This document shows positions 1 through 11,799 of a stretch of 64,000 nt of DNA, in pieces. The notes beneath the pieces were generated by a model that saw only the letters and a list, made by a program, of their open reading frames with translations, had not been told where the DNA came from and did not search any database. The stretch lies in assembly GCF_009914755.1 (NCBI RefSeq), contig NC_060933.1; one strand, 5' to 3'. This DNA is from the human T2T-CHM13v2.0 reference genome, Homo sapiens. Made by a program: the position numbers and the translations under genes. Within the stretch, counting starts at the first letter, position 1. Every line of letters begins with the position of its first letter.

Positions 1-110
1 TGGGGTTTCACCGTATTAGCCAGGATGGTCTCGATCTCCTGACCTCATGATCCGCCCGCCTCAGCCTCCCAAAGTGCTGGCATTACAGGCATGAGCCACC
101 GTGCCTGGCC
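1..110 (-). mobile_element. Alu left monomer (AluY/Sc-type), cut by window edge
   Basis: Reverse complement of GGCCAGGCACGGTGGCTCATGCC...; has the GGATGGTCTCGATCTCCTGACCTCATGATC form typical of Y/Sc. Confidence 0.93.
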
Positions 111-124
111 ACTAATGTCATTTT

Positions 125-592
125 TAAAAGATTTTTATAACTTACATTTCCTGAGAAGAAGGCACATAACACACCATGCAGGACCATGTTAGGAAATACC
201 ACTGTTGGTCAAGAGGCAGAAAGGGGTGAGGGGAAAGCCTAAGCCAGAGTCTTTATTATGTTTTCTGTGGGAAAGACAAGTGGGTCAGAGGAAACAGCTT
301 AGGATTGACTAGTCTGAATAATTCTGATAGGCTTTGGGGCATAGGGCTTGTCCCTAGTTGTCTGGTACCTGGCCCTGAGTTGATTTAGTGAAGGAGAAAT
401 AATGACTTGATGTGTGAGAGTTGGAAAAAGGAGGTGGTTGGTTATATGAACTCAGAATTTGTGGATTACTGTATACCAAGATATTTCTAAGAATTAGCTA
501 GTCCTGGGAGAGGCAGTTTCTTTCCAGCCAGTAAGGCCCTCAAAGATGTCAAAACATTATAAATATAAAAAATTAAAACTATGGTTAATATA
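125..592 (-). mobile_element. ERVL-type solo LTR, MER74-like
   Basis: Reverse complement starts TATATTAACCAT...TTTGACATC...GGGCCTTACTG...CTGCCTCTCCCAGGACTAGCTAATTCTTAG, resembling the recalled MER74 5' end. Confidence 0.65.
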
Positions 593-619
593 AGAGGTGA
601 AATGAAATTATAAAAATAC

Positions 620-2640
620 TGAATCCAAAAGAAAGTGGAAAAAGAACAATGAACAGATAGCACAAATGTAAAACAAATAGAAATATTTTTACCTTAAATC
701 CAAATATATCAATAAAAATATTTACTGTAAATGGACTTCCTAATTAAACTCTAGAGACATTCAGATTGAAGAAAAGTAAAACTCAGCTATAGGCGGGGCG
801 CGGTAGCTCACGCCTTTAATCCCAGCACTTTGGGAGGCCGAGGCGGGTGGATCACGAGGTCAGGAGATCGAGACCATCCTGGCTAACACGGTAAAACCCC
901 GTCTCTACTAAAAATACAAAAAATTAGCCGGGCGTGGTGGCGGGTGCCTGTAGTCCCAGCTACTCAGGAGGCTGAGGCAGGAGAATGGCGTGAACCTGGG
1001 AGGCAGAGCTTGCAGTAAGCCGAGATCGCACCACTGCACTCCAGCCTGGGCGACAGAGTGAGACTCTGTCTCAAAAAATAAATAAATAAATAAACTCAGC
1101 TATATATACTGACTTCACCAAGCCCACTTTAAATATAAAGACACAAATAGATTAAAAGTAAAAAAGTTGAAAAAGATGTGGCATGCTAACATTAATCAAA
1201 AGAAAGCTAGAGTGGCTATATTAACATTAGGCAAAGGCAATTTCAGAGAAAAAATTATTACCATCAATAATGAAGATCATTTTATAATGATAAAGAGGTG
1301 CATTCATTGGAGGACATAACAATCCCAAATGTTTATATGCATAATAACAGAGCTTCAAATTATATGAAACCAAACTGATAAAATTGCAGTAAGAAATAAA
1401 CAGATCCACAATTACAGCAAAATAATAAATAGACAGAATATTAGTGAGGATATAGAAGACTTGAACAACTCTATTAATCAACTAGAACTATTAATTTTTG
1501 GAGAAGAGTTTATCCAACGACAATAAAAGACACATTTCTTTTCAAATGCATGTATAACATTTACCATAATAGAACAATGGAACATATTCTGGGCCATAAA
1601 ACAAATATCAAAAAATTTAAAATGGTTCAAACAAAACAAGTATGCTCTTTTATTACAATAGAACTAAATTAGAAATCAAAACCAGAAAGATATCTGAAAA
1701 TTTCCCCTGAATATTTGAAATTAAATAATACATTACTCTACAGCTTGTGTCATAGAGAAAATCAAAAGGAAAATTGGAAGATATTTTTAACTTAATGAAA
1801 ATGAACACATTGCATACCTAAATGTATCTGAGGAGGATAAAGCAATACTTAGAATTTATAATTTATATCAAAAAAGAAAAAAGGCCTCAAATGTTGACCC
1901 TCAGTGTGCACCCTAAGAAATGAGAAAAAAGAAAAACAAGAGACCTAAAGAAAGCAGCAGAAAGGAAATGAAAATCAGACAAAGATATTACAATAAAAGA
2001 CAATGGCAGACCAATTTCCTTTATGAACATGGAGGCAAAGAACAATATATATAAATATAATACATGATGACTAAATGGAGGCTTATATTCAAAATGCAAT
2101 TGGTGCAATTCAGCATATTAGCAAACTAAAAAGACAAACCATTTAAACATCTCAACAGATGCAGGAAAAGGATTTGACAAAATCAAGCAGCCATCCCTTA
2201 TAAAAACTCTCAGCAAACTAAAGTGAACATTCTTGACTCAATAAAGAACATCTACAAAACACCTACAGCTAGTATCTTAATTATAATAGACTAAATGCTT
2301 TCTCCCTCAAATTAGGAGCAAGGAAAGGGTATCTGTTGTCAACATTATATATTCAACATTGTAGTGTGGAGTTTCTAGCCAGTGCATTAAGGCAAGTGGG
2401 GAAAAAAATTTCCGGATCGGAAAGGAAAAAGTGAAATTATCTTTTATCATAAGACAACATATTGTCTATGTGGAAAAATCCTACAGAATCCACAAAAAAG
2501 CTACCTAAACTAATAAGTACATTTAGCAAAGTGGCAGGATACGAGATCAACATACAAAAATCAATTATATTTCTGAAACTAAAAACAATATGACATTGAC
2601 ATTTTTAAAATACCATTTACAAGCCTAAAAAATATTAAAC
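620..2640 (+). mobile_element. Old L1M ORF2 remnant (endonuclease to RT, internally deleted), interrupted by AluY
   Basis: A-rich; AAGAAAGCTAGAGTGGCTATATTAA, CATTTTATAATGATAAAG, CTCAACAGATGCAGGAAAAGGATTTGACAAAAT are degenerate L1 ORF2 motifs. Confidence 0.85.
792..1091 (+). mobile_element. AluY, full length
   Basis: GAGATCGAGACCATCCTGGCTAACACGG and GAATGGCGTGAAC; (TAAA)n tail; TSD AAACTCAGCTATA at 779-791 and 1092-1104. Confidence 0.97.
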
Positions 2641-2643
2641 ACA

Positions 2644-2760
2644 GCTAGGCACAGTGTTGCATACCTGTAGTCCCAGCTACTCAGGAGGCTGAGGTGAAAG
2701 AATTCCTTGAGTTCAGGAATTCAAGTCCAGCCTGGGCTGCATAGCAAGATCCCATCTCTA
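2644..2760 (+). mobile_element. FLAM / Alu monomer
   Basis: Single diverged monomer ending CCCATCTCTA. Confidence 0.85.
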
Positions 2761-2761
2761 G

Positions 2762-2793
<32 letters not shown>

Positions 2794-2891
2794 TATATAT
2801 ATGTATATGTATATACACACACACACATACCACATATACTATATAGATACAATAGTGTGTGTGTATATATATATACACTGTGTGTGTGTGT
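2762..2891. repeat. Compound (TA)n/(CA)n/(TG)n microsatellite
   Basis: Directly visible. Confidence 0.95.
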
Positions 2892-3114
2892 AAATATCTG
2901 AAAGAGTAGATTAAAGAAAAGAGTGATGATGAGGGATATGACATCCAGAATAAGAGATTTGGCCTGCCATGCTTTGAATGAGCAGATGAAGGAGACAGGC
3001 AGGAGGGTGAGGGGGAGGGAGTGACAACTTAGAAATGCCTTTAGCTAAGTTTTCAGTAAGGAGACTGGCACAACTGTTTGGTTTTGAGTAAGCTACCTTC
3101 ATCAATAACAAAAT

Positions 3115-3305
3115 AGCAATAATCCTTTATTGAAAACTAGCTATGTATCACGAAATTATCTTAATGCTCCCTTTATATAATCTTATTTAATTCTTACAAT
3201 ACCCCTATGAGGTAGACGTTTTAATCCTAATTTCATGGGTACAGAAAATGAGGCTCAAAGAGGAAAGAGATTTGCCCAAGTAGGACTAGGTGAGTCAAAC
3301 TCAAA
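3115..3305 (-). mobile_element. MIR
   Basis: Core CAGAAAATGAGGCTCAAAGAGGAAAGAGATTTGCCCAAG. Confidence 0.75.
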
Positions 3306-3309
3306 AGCA

Positions 3310-3757
3310 CTCTTGTCCGTTTTCTGTTGCTATAACAGAATACCTGAGACTGGGTATTTTATAACTAAAGAAGTGTTTTTGGCTTATGGTTTGCAGGCTG
3401 GGAAGTTCAGGGAATGACCCTGGCTTCTGGCAAAAGCTTTCAGGCTGTGTCATAACATGGTGGAGAAGGTCAAAAGGGAAACAGACATGTATGAAGAGGC
3501 AAAACCCAAGGGATGTCCTGACTTCATAACAACCCACTCTCACAGAAACTAATTCATTCCCATGAGATCTAATCTAGTCTCACCAGAGAGAGAACTCACC
3601 TACTCCCTTGATAACAGCACCAAGCTATTCATGAGGGATTTGCCACCATGACCCAAATACTTCCCACTAGACACTGCCTCCCAACACTGCCACATGGGGA
3701 ATCAAATTTCAACATGGGTTTATACAGAAACAAGCAAACCATATCCAAACCATGGCA
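3310..3757 (-). mobile_element. MaLR solo LTR (MST family), inserted in the MIR
   Basis: TTGCTATAACAGAATACCTGAGACTGGG ... CAAATTTCAACATG ... ATCCAAACCATGGCA. Confidence 0.9.
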
Positions 3758-5657
3758 TGCTCACTTTTAAACACATCACTTCTAGGACAGGGTCATACTC
3801 ATACTCTATTCGTAGTCAATGAGAAGTAGAATAATCTGCATACAATGGATTAAAAACATGTTGAAAACAATCTTCTCTCTTCTAAAAACACACAGTAATG
3901 ACCAGATGCTCTGAAATATATCATTAGATACTAGTACCAAAATAAAGAAACTGCCACTGTCAGCTTGCAAAATGCATAAGAAAGCCAAACACTAAAGGTT
4001 TCAACTCCATTTAAATAAGCAAGTAAGTCTTATGGCAATATCATCATGTGACTTGGTGTTAGAACATAAAAACTGTAAGAATAAATGAATTACAAATTAT
4101 TTTTACAAGCACAAATTGTTCGCAACCATCTTCTTTTATAAATGGTCAACTTCACCTCTCAAAATCCTGGGCCAAAAACTCTATGTGACTAGAGATTAAA
4201 TTCCTTCATTAGTAGGCCAAGGATCAAAATATATTGTGTTTTTATTTAGATAGTCTGAGAGTATTGAATTTGTGCTTTTCTTATCACTAACATTCATCTC
4301 TCTGGATCATCCACTTTTCTTTGAACTTGAAAAACAGAAATTTGATAACATAAAATATTTAAATCAATTAAAACAAGAACCCAGACAGAACCAAGTAATT
4401 CTGGGAGTTAACAATAATAACTCTTTGATCTTGATAAAGTTCAGTTTAACTGTTTATTTGAAAAATGACCAGCATCAATACTAACTTTCCAGGGTGCATA
4501 AATGTGTTTTTCCACATTTACAAATGCTGTGTTCTGCTTTTCTAAGATGAGAAATGAACCAAAGTCATACAAGTACTTGTTAGCAAAAGAAAAAAGTCTT
4601 CATTTTCGAGATTAAAAATTTGAACCAACTTTGCAAAATTTTCTATCTTATGCAGGACAATTTGCACATAGTAGGTTTTCAGCAAAGTTTCTTGACTTAT
4701 GGTATGGTCATGGCCATCAATGATTGCTGTTGTGCATTAACCAAATAATACAAAAACTTCTGTAGAGAGGGGATAATGCTGCCAGGTATCACTGATAAAG
4801 CCAGAATGGAGTTCATGAAGTTTTATTTGATCTGATTTTTATTTGGCTAAATTTTATCTGGTCTGAAAAGTACAAAACACAAACAAAAGTAACAACAATC
4901 TCTCATATTCCAACCCAGAATTATTGCTATTAATGTTTGCCATATTTACTTCTAATTTTTCTATGTATACATATGATTATAAAAAGTGTATAAGCTATAT
5001 GGTAGTAAAATTTTCTTTTAAAGGAATAAATAGGTCTTTTCTAATAAGGCTGAGTATCTTTTGCCCTCTACACCTGTTATGGACTAAATGTGTTTCTCTA
5101 AAATTCATATGTTGGAGCTATATTTGAAAGATATATATGATTATATAAGTTTAGTGAGAAGGGCTTTGTAAGAAGTGGTGGCTCTTTGAAGATGTTCTCA
5201 TCATTAAACAAATCACAGCATCTTTAGTCTTGAAGACACTGTTTTTCTTCTGCTTGAAAACATTTCCTTTTACAAGCTTTTTATGGTACGTAGAATCGAG
5301 AAAAAAGAAATTATTCTGAACTTGATGAGGAAAGAGACTTAAAGCGTACAAAGCATACACTGATAATAATAACCATACACATTTCCATAGATCTTTTTAT
5401 TTAAGATATATTTACATATATTATTTCATTTGAACTCTGACAATATCAAAGACTTTTACCTTACGAAATAGACCACTGGTTTGTAGCCATCAAAGTCACA
5501 AATCCAGGGTAAGGAAGCAAATTTCCTTTTGGACTAGATAATAAAGTCTCCTTTTGATTTATTTTCCTTACTATATTGGCCTCTTGAGTGTTTGTGTGCA
5601 TTGTTCTTTTTTGGATCAGTGGAATATGTACTCTTAGAACCCATACAAAAGGGCAAT

Positions 5658-6049
5658 TGATATAGTTTGGATATATGTCCTGCCCAAATCTCATGTTGAA
5701 TTGCAATCTCCAATGTTGGAGGTGGGGCCTGGTGGGAAGTGATTGGATCATGGCGACTGATCCCTCATTACTTGGTGCTGTTCCCGTGATAGTGAGTGAG
5801 TGTTCAGGAGCTCTCGTTTAAAAGTGCAGCACCTCCCCTGCCCCCCTCTCTCTCTCTCTCCCCCCATGTGATGCACCTGCTTCCTTTTTGCCTTCCACCA
5901 TGATTGTAATGTTTCTGAGACCTCACCAGAAGCCAAGCAGATGTTGGTGCCATTATTGTACAGAATCATGAGCCAATTAAACCTCTCCTCTTTATAAATT
6001 ACCCAGTCTCAGGTAAGTCTTTTTAACAATGCAAGAATGACATAACACA
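5658..6049 (+). mobile_element. MaLR solo LTR (MSTA/B-like)
   Basis: TGATATAGTTTGG ... AATTACCCAGTCTCAGGTA ... CA; 5-bp TSD GCAAT/GCAGT. Confidence 0.93.
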
Positions 6050-6381
6050 GCAGTTGTAATTTTTATAAAGGAGATTATGTCCAGCAAATCATAAATCTAT
6101 GAAGTTCCAAGCTGTTCTTACAATAGACTATAATGACCCATCTTGATATCCCCCTATCCATAGCAAGACATACCTCCTGATTCACAGGAGGCCCTTACTT
6201 TTTTATAGAACAGCATGAGCTGCATCACGTTGTAACACTGGGTGTGAAATAAGTTGGAAGAACAAAAGAAGGAAAGGAGAAAAAGAGGAAGAAAGAGAAG
6301 CAGACAATCAAAAAAAATCTGTATTAAATAAAGGGAGAAAAACAAATCAAGTGCGTGAGTGAGAAAGAGCCAGGTTAGGCG

Positions 6382-6672
6382 TTGTATTAGACTGGGTGAC
6401 TTTAACATCAGACATTTGTTTCCCACAGTTCTGTAAAATGGGAAGTCCAAGATCAAGGTACTGGCAGATTTGGTTATTGTTGAGGATCCTCTTCCTGTCT
6501 TTGCAAATGGCTGCTTTCTTGCTCATATGGTGAAGACAGAAGGAGCTCTGGTCTCTTCCTCTTTTTATAAGGACACTAATCCCATCATGGGAACCCAACC
6601 CTAATGATCTCATCTAAATCTAATTACTTCCCAAAGACCTCACCTCCAAATATTATCATGTTGGGAGTAGAG
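6382..6672 (-). mobile_element. MLT1A-like MaLR LTR fragment
   Basis: GGAAGTCCAAGATCAAGGTACTGGCAGATTTGG, TATAAGGACACTAATCCCATCATG. Confidence 0.85.
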
Positions 6673-8393
6673 CAGGTATGTGGTGGTCCTCTGAGCATAT
6701 GATCATCACACATCACTCTAGGTGCTTATTTATTGGGTATACATGTTTATATTTCTGAGTATAGTTAATCTTCTTTCTAGTGTCCATCTCAAAGTGAACA
6801 CACAGAAAAGACCATGATTGAGAAGATGGGCATGAGGGAGCTTCAGAAGTCTGTCTATTTGGGAGCTGGGGAATAGAAGTAGTGGGCATTTTGAAAGTAT
6901 AATCAGTGCTTTTAAAAATCTTCCTATAAGTAAAATTCCTTGTGGCCCATATGGCATTGAGGATAATTTATGAGGCTCTGTCTCAGACAAGGAGGGGAAG
7001 GTATGGCCTGGTATAACAAAGAAATTATTGTTCAGTTTCAGTTCACAAAGTAGATTGTTCTGGGTCCAAATGAAGACAATATTTTTAAAAGCCGGGCTTT
7101 TGTTGAGGGCTTTTTTTTCTAAATTCCTCCTTATACATCTTTATGTCTCTGCTTTAATAAGTGTCCCCATTATATGTGAGTTCTGATCTACTCAGAAAGC
7201 AGTATGGCTATAAGGTGGAAAAGGAGGAGGATATGAAGAGGAACTCCTACCCAAGAGAAAAGAAAGGACTTTCTCACTGGAGAAGATGAGTGGGAAAAGG
7301 TGGAGGAGATAGAGATTTGAAGGAGTTTCTTATGGTGAGAATGCTGCCTGGGTTCCTGCCAACCTTAGGCTTCCACCCAAAAGGAGAGGGCAGCACAAAG
7401 GAAATTCTGATGGAACCCTCAGATAGATGAAAAGAAAATCTGAGGACATCCAGACTGGTGTTCTACTTGTCTGTAGAGACCAATATGGTGCAGCACAGTA
7501 GAACAGCAAGGGCAGCACAAGAGTTACAGATGATGAGCTTGAAGTGGCTTTTCTTAGTCTCTCTGCACTCCATCTTGGGTGTGACGGCTGGCTGACACAC
7601 AAAAGAGAGCTGATAGAGATGACTGTCTAACCTGCCTGGGAGAATCACCACAACAGGGGGCAAAGAGACCATGAGGGCTCTAGGGCTCTAGGGTGGTGTG
7701 CCCACATTGGGATTGCCTGGTAGACTTGGCAAGACCTCACCAAATCTATAGAACTACAGAAAGCCAAGCCTAATAAACTAGGGAAGATGGATAAGTCCCC
7801 AAGAGTAAGTCCGCAGCCATGGCACCTGTCTTTGAGGAGACAAGGGACAACAACTTACGCTGTCCATGCATGCATCAGCTGCCAAAGCCAGCCCCCAACA
7901 GAACCTGATGGCATAAAGACCAGATGCAGATTTCTGGTCCTCCCAGCTCCTATTCCCAGAACACAATGGGAGCACCTCTCCTGCTCCCATGCATAGAGCC
8001 TCCAGCTTGAGGGCTCAATGAGGAGAGGAAGAGAAGAGAAGCCATCCTGACAGAGACTAACCTTGAATTGAACTTGAATTAAGCCAGTAGAGATTGTGTT
8101 ACTTTCAATTTGGCAAGTTTATATTAGCTGGAAGTCTCCAGAGAAAAATGAGTTCAGTAATACAGAATAAAGGAAGTTGCAGTGTTTTGTACCTCAGAAA
8201 CTTAATACATAAATTTCAACCCAGTTGCCCTACTTTTAAAGGCCAGTGCTCTCCCTTCCTCTGAGAAATCATCTTCTGACTATTTTCTTTGCCAAAGCAA
8301 CTTGAGCTTTATCTTACAGATTTTCCCACAGGCATTCTAGGACCATCTCAACCTAACTAGCTTTGTTGCTTTAACCTTTGGTTCTGGCATTCC

Positions 8394-8699
<306 letters not shown>

Positions 8700-8984
8700 A
8701 GTTCTGGCATTCTTACTGACCCTCAAGCCTGATCAAACCTGAGCACCCCTACTCAACTGGCACTTCAGGTTACAAGCCAACCTTTCTTCCCATCCCTAAG
8801 AGAGTCTACATTCCCCTAGTTACCACTCACTGGTTCCATAGCTAATCGGGTTCTAAGTTCATTAAGGGCAAAAACTATGCCCTATACATCCATATTCTAA
8901 GTTCTTAATAAAAATGTGTATATGTACATGTCCATATGTTTTTGCCCACATAGAAAAGGTATTTTTTGTAAATTAGAAACACAA

Positions 8985-9060
8985 GCACAACACACACACA
9001 CAACATACACACATACAACACATACACACAACACACATATATACAAAATACACACATGCA
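8985..9060. repeat. CA-rich low-complexity tract
   Basis: Directly visible; partly copied in inverted form at 15.5 kb. Confidence 0.9.
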
Positions 9061-10419
9061 TACCACTCTATTCACACTGAGCATTAAAAATTGGACCTGT
9101 TCCAAAGTGTATGTAGACAGTTAACACAGGCATCATATCTAAACTGAGATCTTTTAAGGACCCAACAATAAACTAGTTTAATCATCATATTAATCATTAT
9201 TATTGATAAATGTGGGCTGTGCTGGTATGTAAGCATAACAACATACAAGTATGGCTTTTTGACTGAAATCATTGTCTATCCAGTTACATGACAGCAATAA
9301 TAAGTTATCATAATTAGTGACAAAGCTTTCTTTTGTTGTGTTTCTATAGAGAAAAACCCTGGGGCTAATTTTACCAGTATGCACGTATGATATCACTTCC
9401 TGAAAATGCATGAACATGAAGGATTTTGTTGTGGTTGTTGTTGTTTTAGTACAACAGGGCAAGAAATGCTATAGAAGAAATGGCCTCCAGAAATGTGGTT
9501 GATTTATATCTCAGGAATGTCTGCGAAGGTTAAGGGCTGAGATGGGGGGATAGACATTCTCAGATAGCTGCTAAACCGAGCAGGCTCCAGCTAACAGCCA
9601 TTTGGCCTACCGATACCAAAACTACTACCTGCACGCATCTTAGGTTTCCTTCTGTTTCACCAGCTTTTCATTCAAATGGAGTCACATTAATAGTGATAAT
9701 CTGTATTTTTACCCCCACAAGTCCTCTTTGCTCATTCTAAATTTATTTTCCACTCAAAGTTCCCCCAGATATTTCTGAGACAATCCAGGGTAGCTCGTAT
9801 GAGCTTATTAACAAGTCTGGTCAGGTGTCTCTTGACATCCCCCGGCACTGCTGTCATTTGCAGCACAAAGTATTTTTCTTGCCACACCCACTGGCTCTCA
9901 GGATGCAGGTGAGTTCTTCCTGGGGAGAAGCAAGCTCGTGAACAGCTCCACACACTCTGACCACCTTCTCTGTGCCTCACCATGGAAAAGGTCCCACTCT
10001 GGAAGATGCACTCAGAGCCAGAAAACTTCCTTTCTTTTTTGTGTGTGTGTTTATCCTTTAGGGATACACAAAGTAGTGTCACACAGAGTTTTTAATCAGA
10101 GGCACTTTTTTAATTTTGTACATAATGTGTGCTTTTTTGTCGGCTCCAGATGAGAGTCCAAAGGACTGGGCCTGGGGCAGAAATAAGTGACAGACAGCAC
10201 TGTACCAGCATAGCCTGTAGCCTGAACTGAGCCTCTGCCATCAGGGCAAACAGACGTCCAACAGGCTTATCATGTTAGCTCATCTGGAAAGCCTGACAAG
10301 TAAAATTTGCAGCTGTCATCCAAGCAGATCCCTTACTCCACACTACTTATGGGGACATATAAGTTTTATCTACGTATAAAAATAGTCCAAATTGGACATT
10401 GAAAAATAAGCATCCAAAA

Positions 10420-11162
10420 GCGTTTTTGATCAAAACTACAAGAAGATACTACCTCATACCCATTAGGATGGCTACTATCAAAAAAATTTTTTTTAACTTT
10501 TAAAAACAAAATAAAAAGTGTTATTAAGAATATGGAGAAATTGAAACTCTTGTGTACTGTTGGTGGGAATGCAAAATGCTGCCACCACCATGGAAAACAG
10601 TACAGTAGTCCCTCAAAAATTTAAAAATAGAATTAACATATGATCTAACAATTCTACTTCAGGATACAGTAAGTTCTCATGTAGTGTTGTCCATAGATTC
10701 TTGGAAACTGTGACTTTCAGCAAAACAATGTACTATACGCCACAGGAACTTAGCTCTCATTTATATCAATTAGTCTGTGGTAAAAGTGATTTCATTGTAC
10801 AGTACGTTGTTTTGCTTAAAGTCTCAGTTTCCAAGAACCGATCAACAACATTGCATGAGGACTCACTGTATATATCCAAAAGAATTAAAAGCAGGGTCTT
10901 GAATAGATGTTTGTATACTCACATTCATAGCAGCATTATTTACAATAGTCAAAATGTGGAAGCAACCCAAGTGTCAATCAATAGATGAAGGGATGAATGG
11001 AATTTGGTATACACATACAATGGCGTGTTACACATCCTTAAAAAGGAAGAAACTGTGACACATGTTATAACATGGATGAATCTTGAGGAAATTATGCTCA
11101 GTGAAATAAGCTAGCAACAAAATAACAAATACTATATGACTCCACTTATATGAGTTACCTGG
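10420..11162 (+). mobile_element. L1M (L1MB-like) 3' region, split by a MITE and ending in a fold-back
   Basis: TACCCATTAGGATGGCTACTATCAAAAA, GTTGGTGGGAATGCAAAATG, CAACCCAAGTGTC, CATGGATGAATCTTGAGG. Confidence 0.9.
10667..10868. mobile_element. TcMar-Tigger MITE (MER6-like)
   Basis: Long imperfect TIRs CAGTAAGTTCTCA.../...TGAGGACTCACTG flanked by TA duplications. Confidence 0.85.
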
Positions 11163-11296
11163 TGTGACACACATGCACACACATACGCATATATACATAT
11201 TTTGTTGCTGGCTTTTTTCACTGAGTATAATTTCCTCAAGATTCATCCATGTTAAAACATGTATCACAATTTCTTCCTTTTTAAGGTTGTGTAACA
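11026..11296. repeat. 99-bp inverted repeat (11026-11124 / 11198-11296), 73-nt spacer
   Basis: Manual alignment of the arms: 7 mismatches in 99, no gaps. Confidence 0.95.
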
Positions 11297-11302
11297 TCCT
11301 TA

Positions 11303-11303
11303 C

Positions 11304-11335
<32 letters not shown>

Positions 11336-11391
11336 ATATTTGTGTACATATATATGTGTGTATATATATTTGTGTGTATATACATATATTT

Positions 11392-11457
<66 letters not shown>
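11303..11457. repeat. (TG)n/(TA)n microsatellite with pure (TA)30 at 11397-11456
   Basis: Directly visible. Confidence 0.97.
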
Positions 11458-11459
<2 letters not shown>

Positions 11460-11799
11460 CACTCTTGAAGGCATCAGAGAGTAACCAGGGCAAGGAAAAT
11501 TTGCAGGTTCAAGATCTGAAAAAAAAAAAAAAAAAGCCAAGGGACTTAAGATGTGCATATTTGGGGCCGCTTTTCCCCTCAAGCTGATTATTAATTCTGA
11601 AAGTGAAAGTGGTGACTGCAAGGCTGAGAAGTGGACAGAGCTCTGGCAGTCTCACAGGTATGAAGGGAAAAATAAAATAGAGTTCACAGCCCAACAAGGA
11701 GGAGAGGCCCTGATATCCCAGGCCTCTAGTTGGAGCTCCAAAAGATTATACCAAAAGAGAAAGGTAAATCAGAACTGGGTCAGTCCTCAGGATAAAGGA

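Noticed and set aside
11164-11621. YIYI/CVCV-rich ORFs
   Set aside because: Translations of TA/TG microsatellites.
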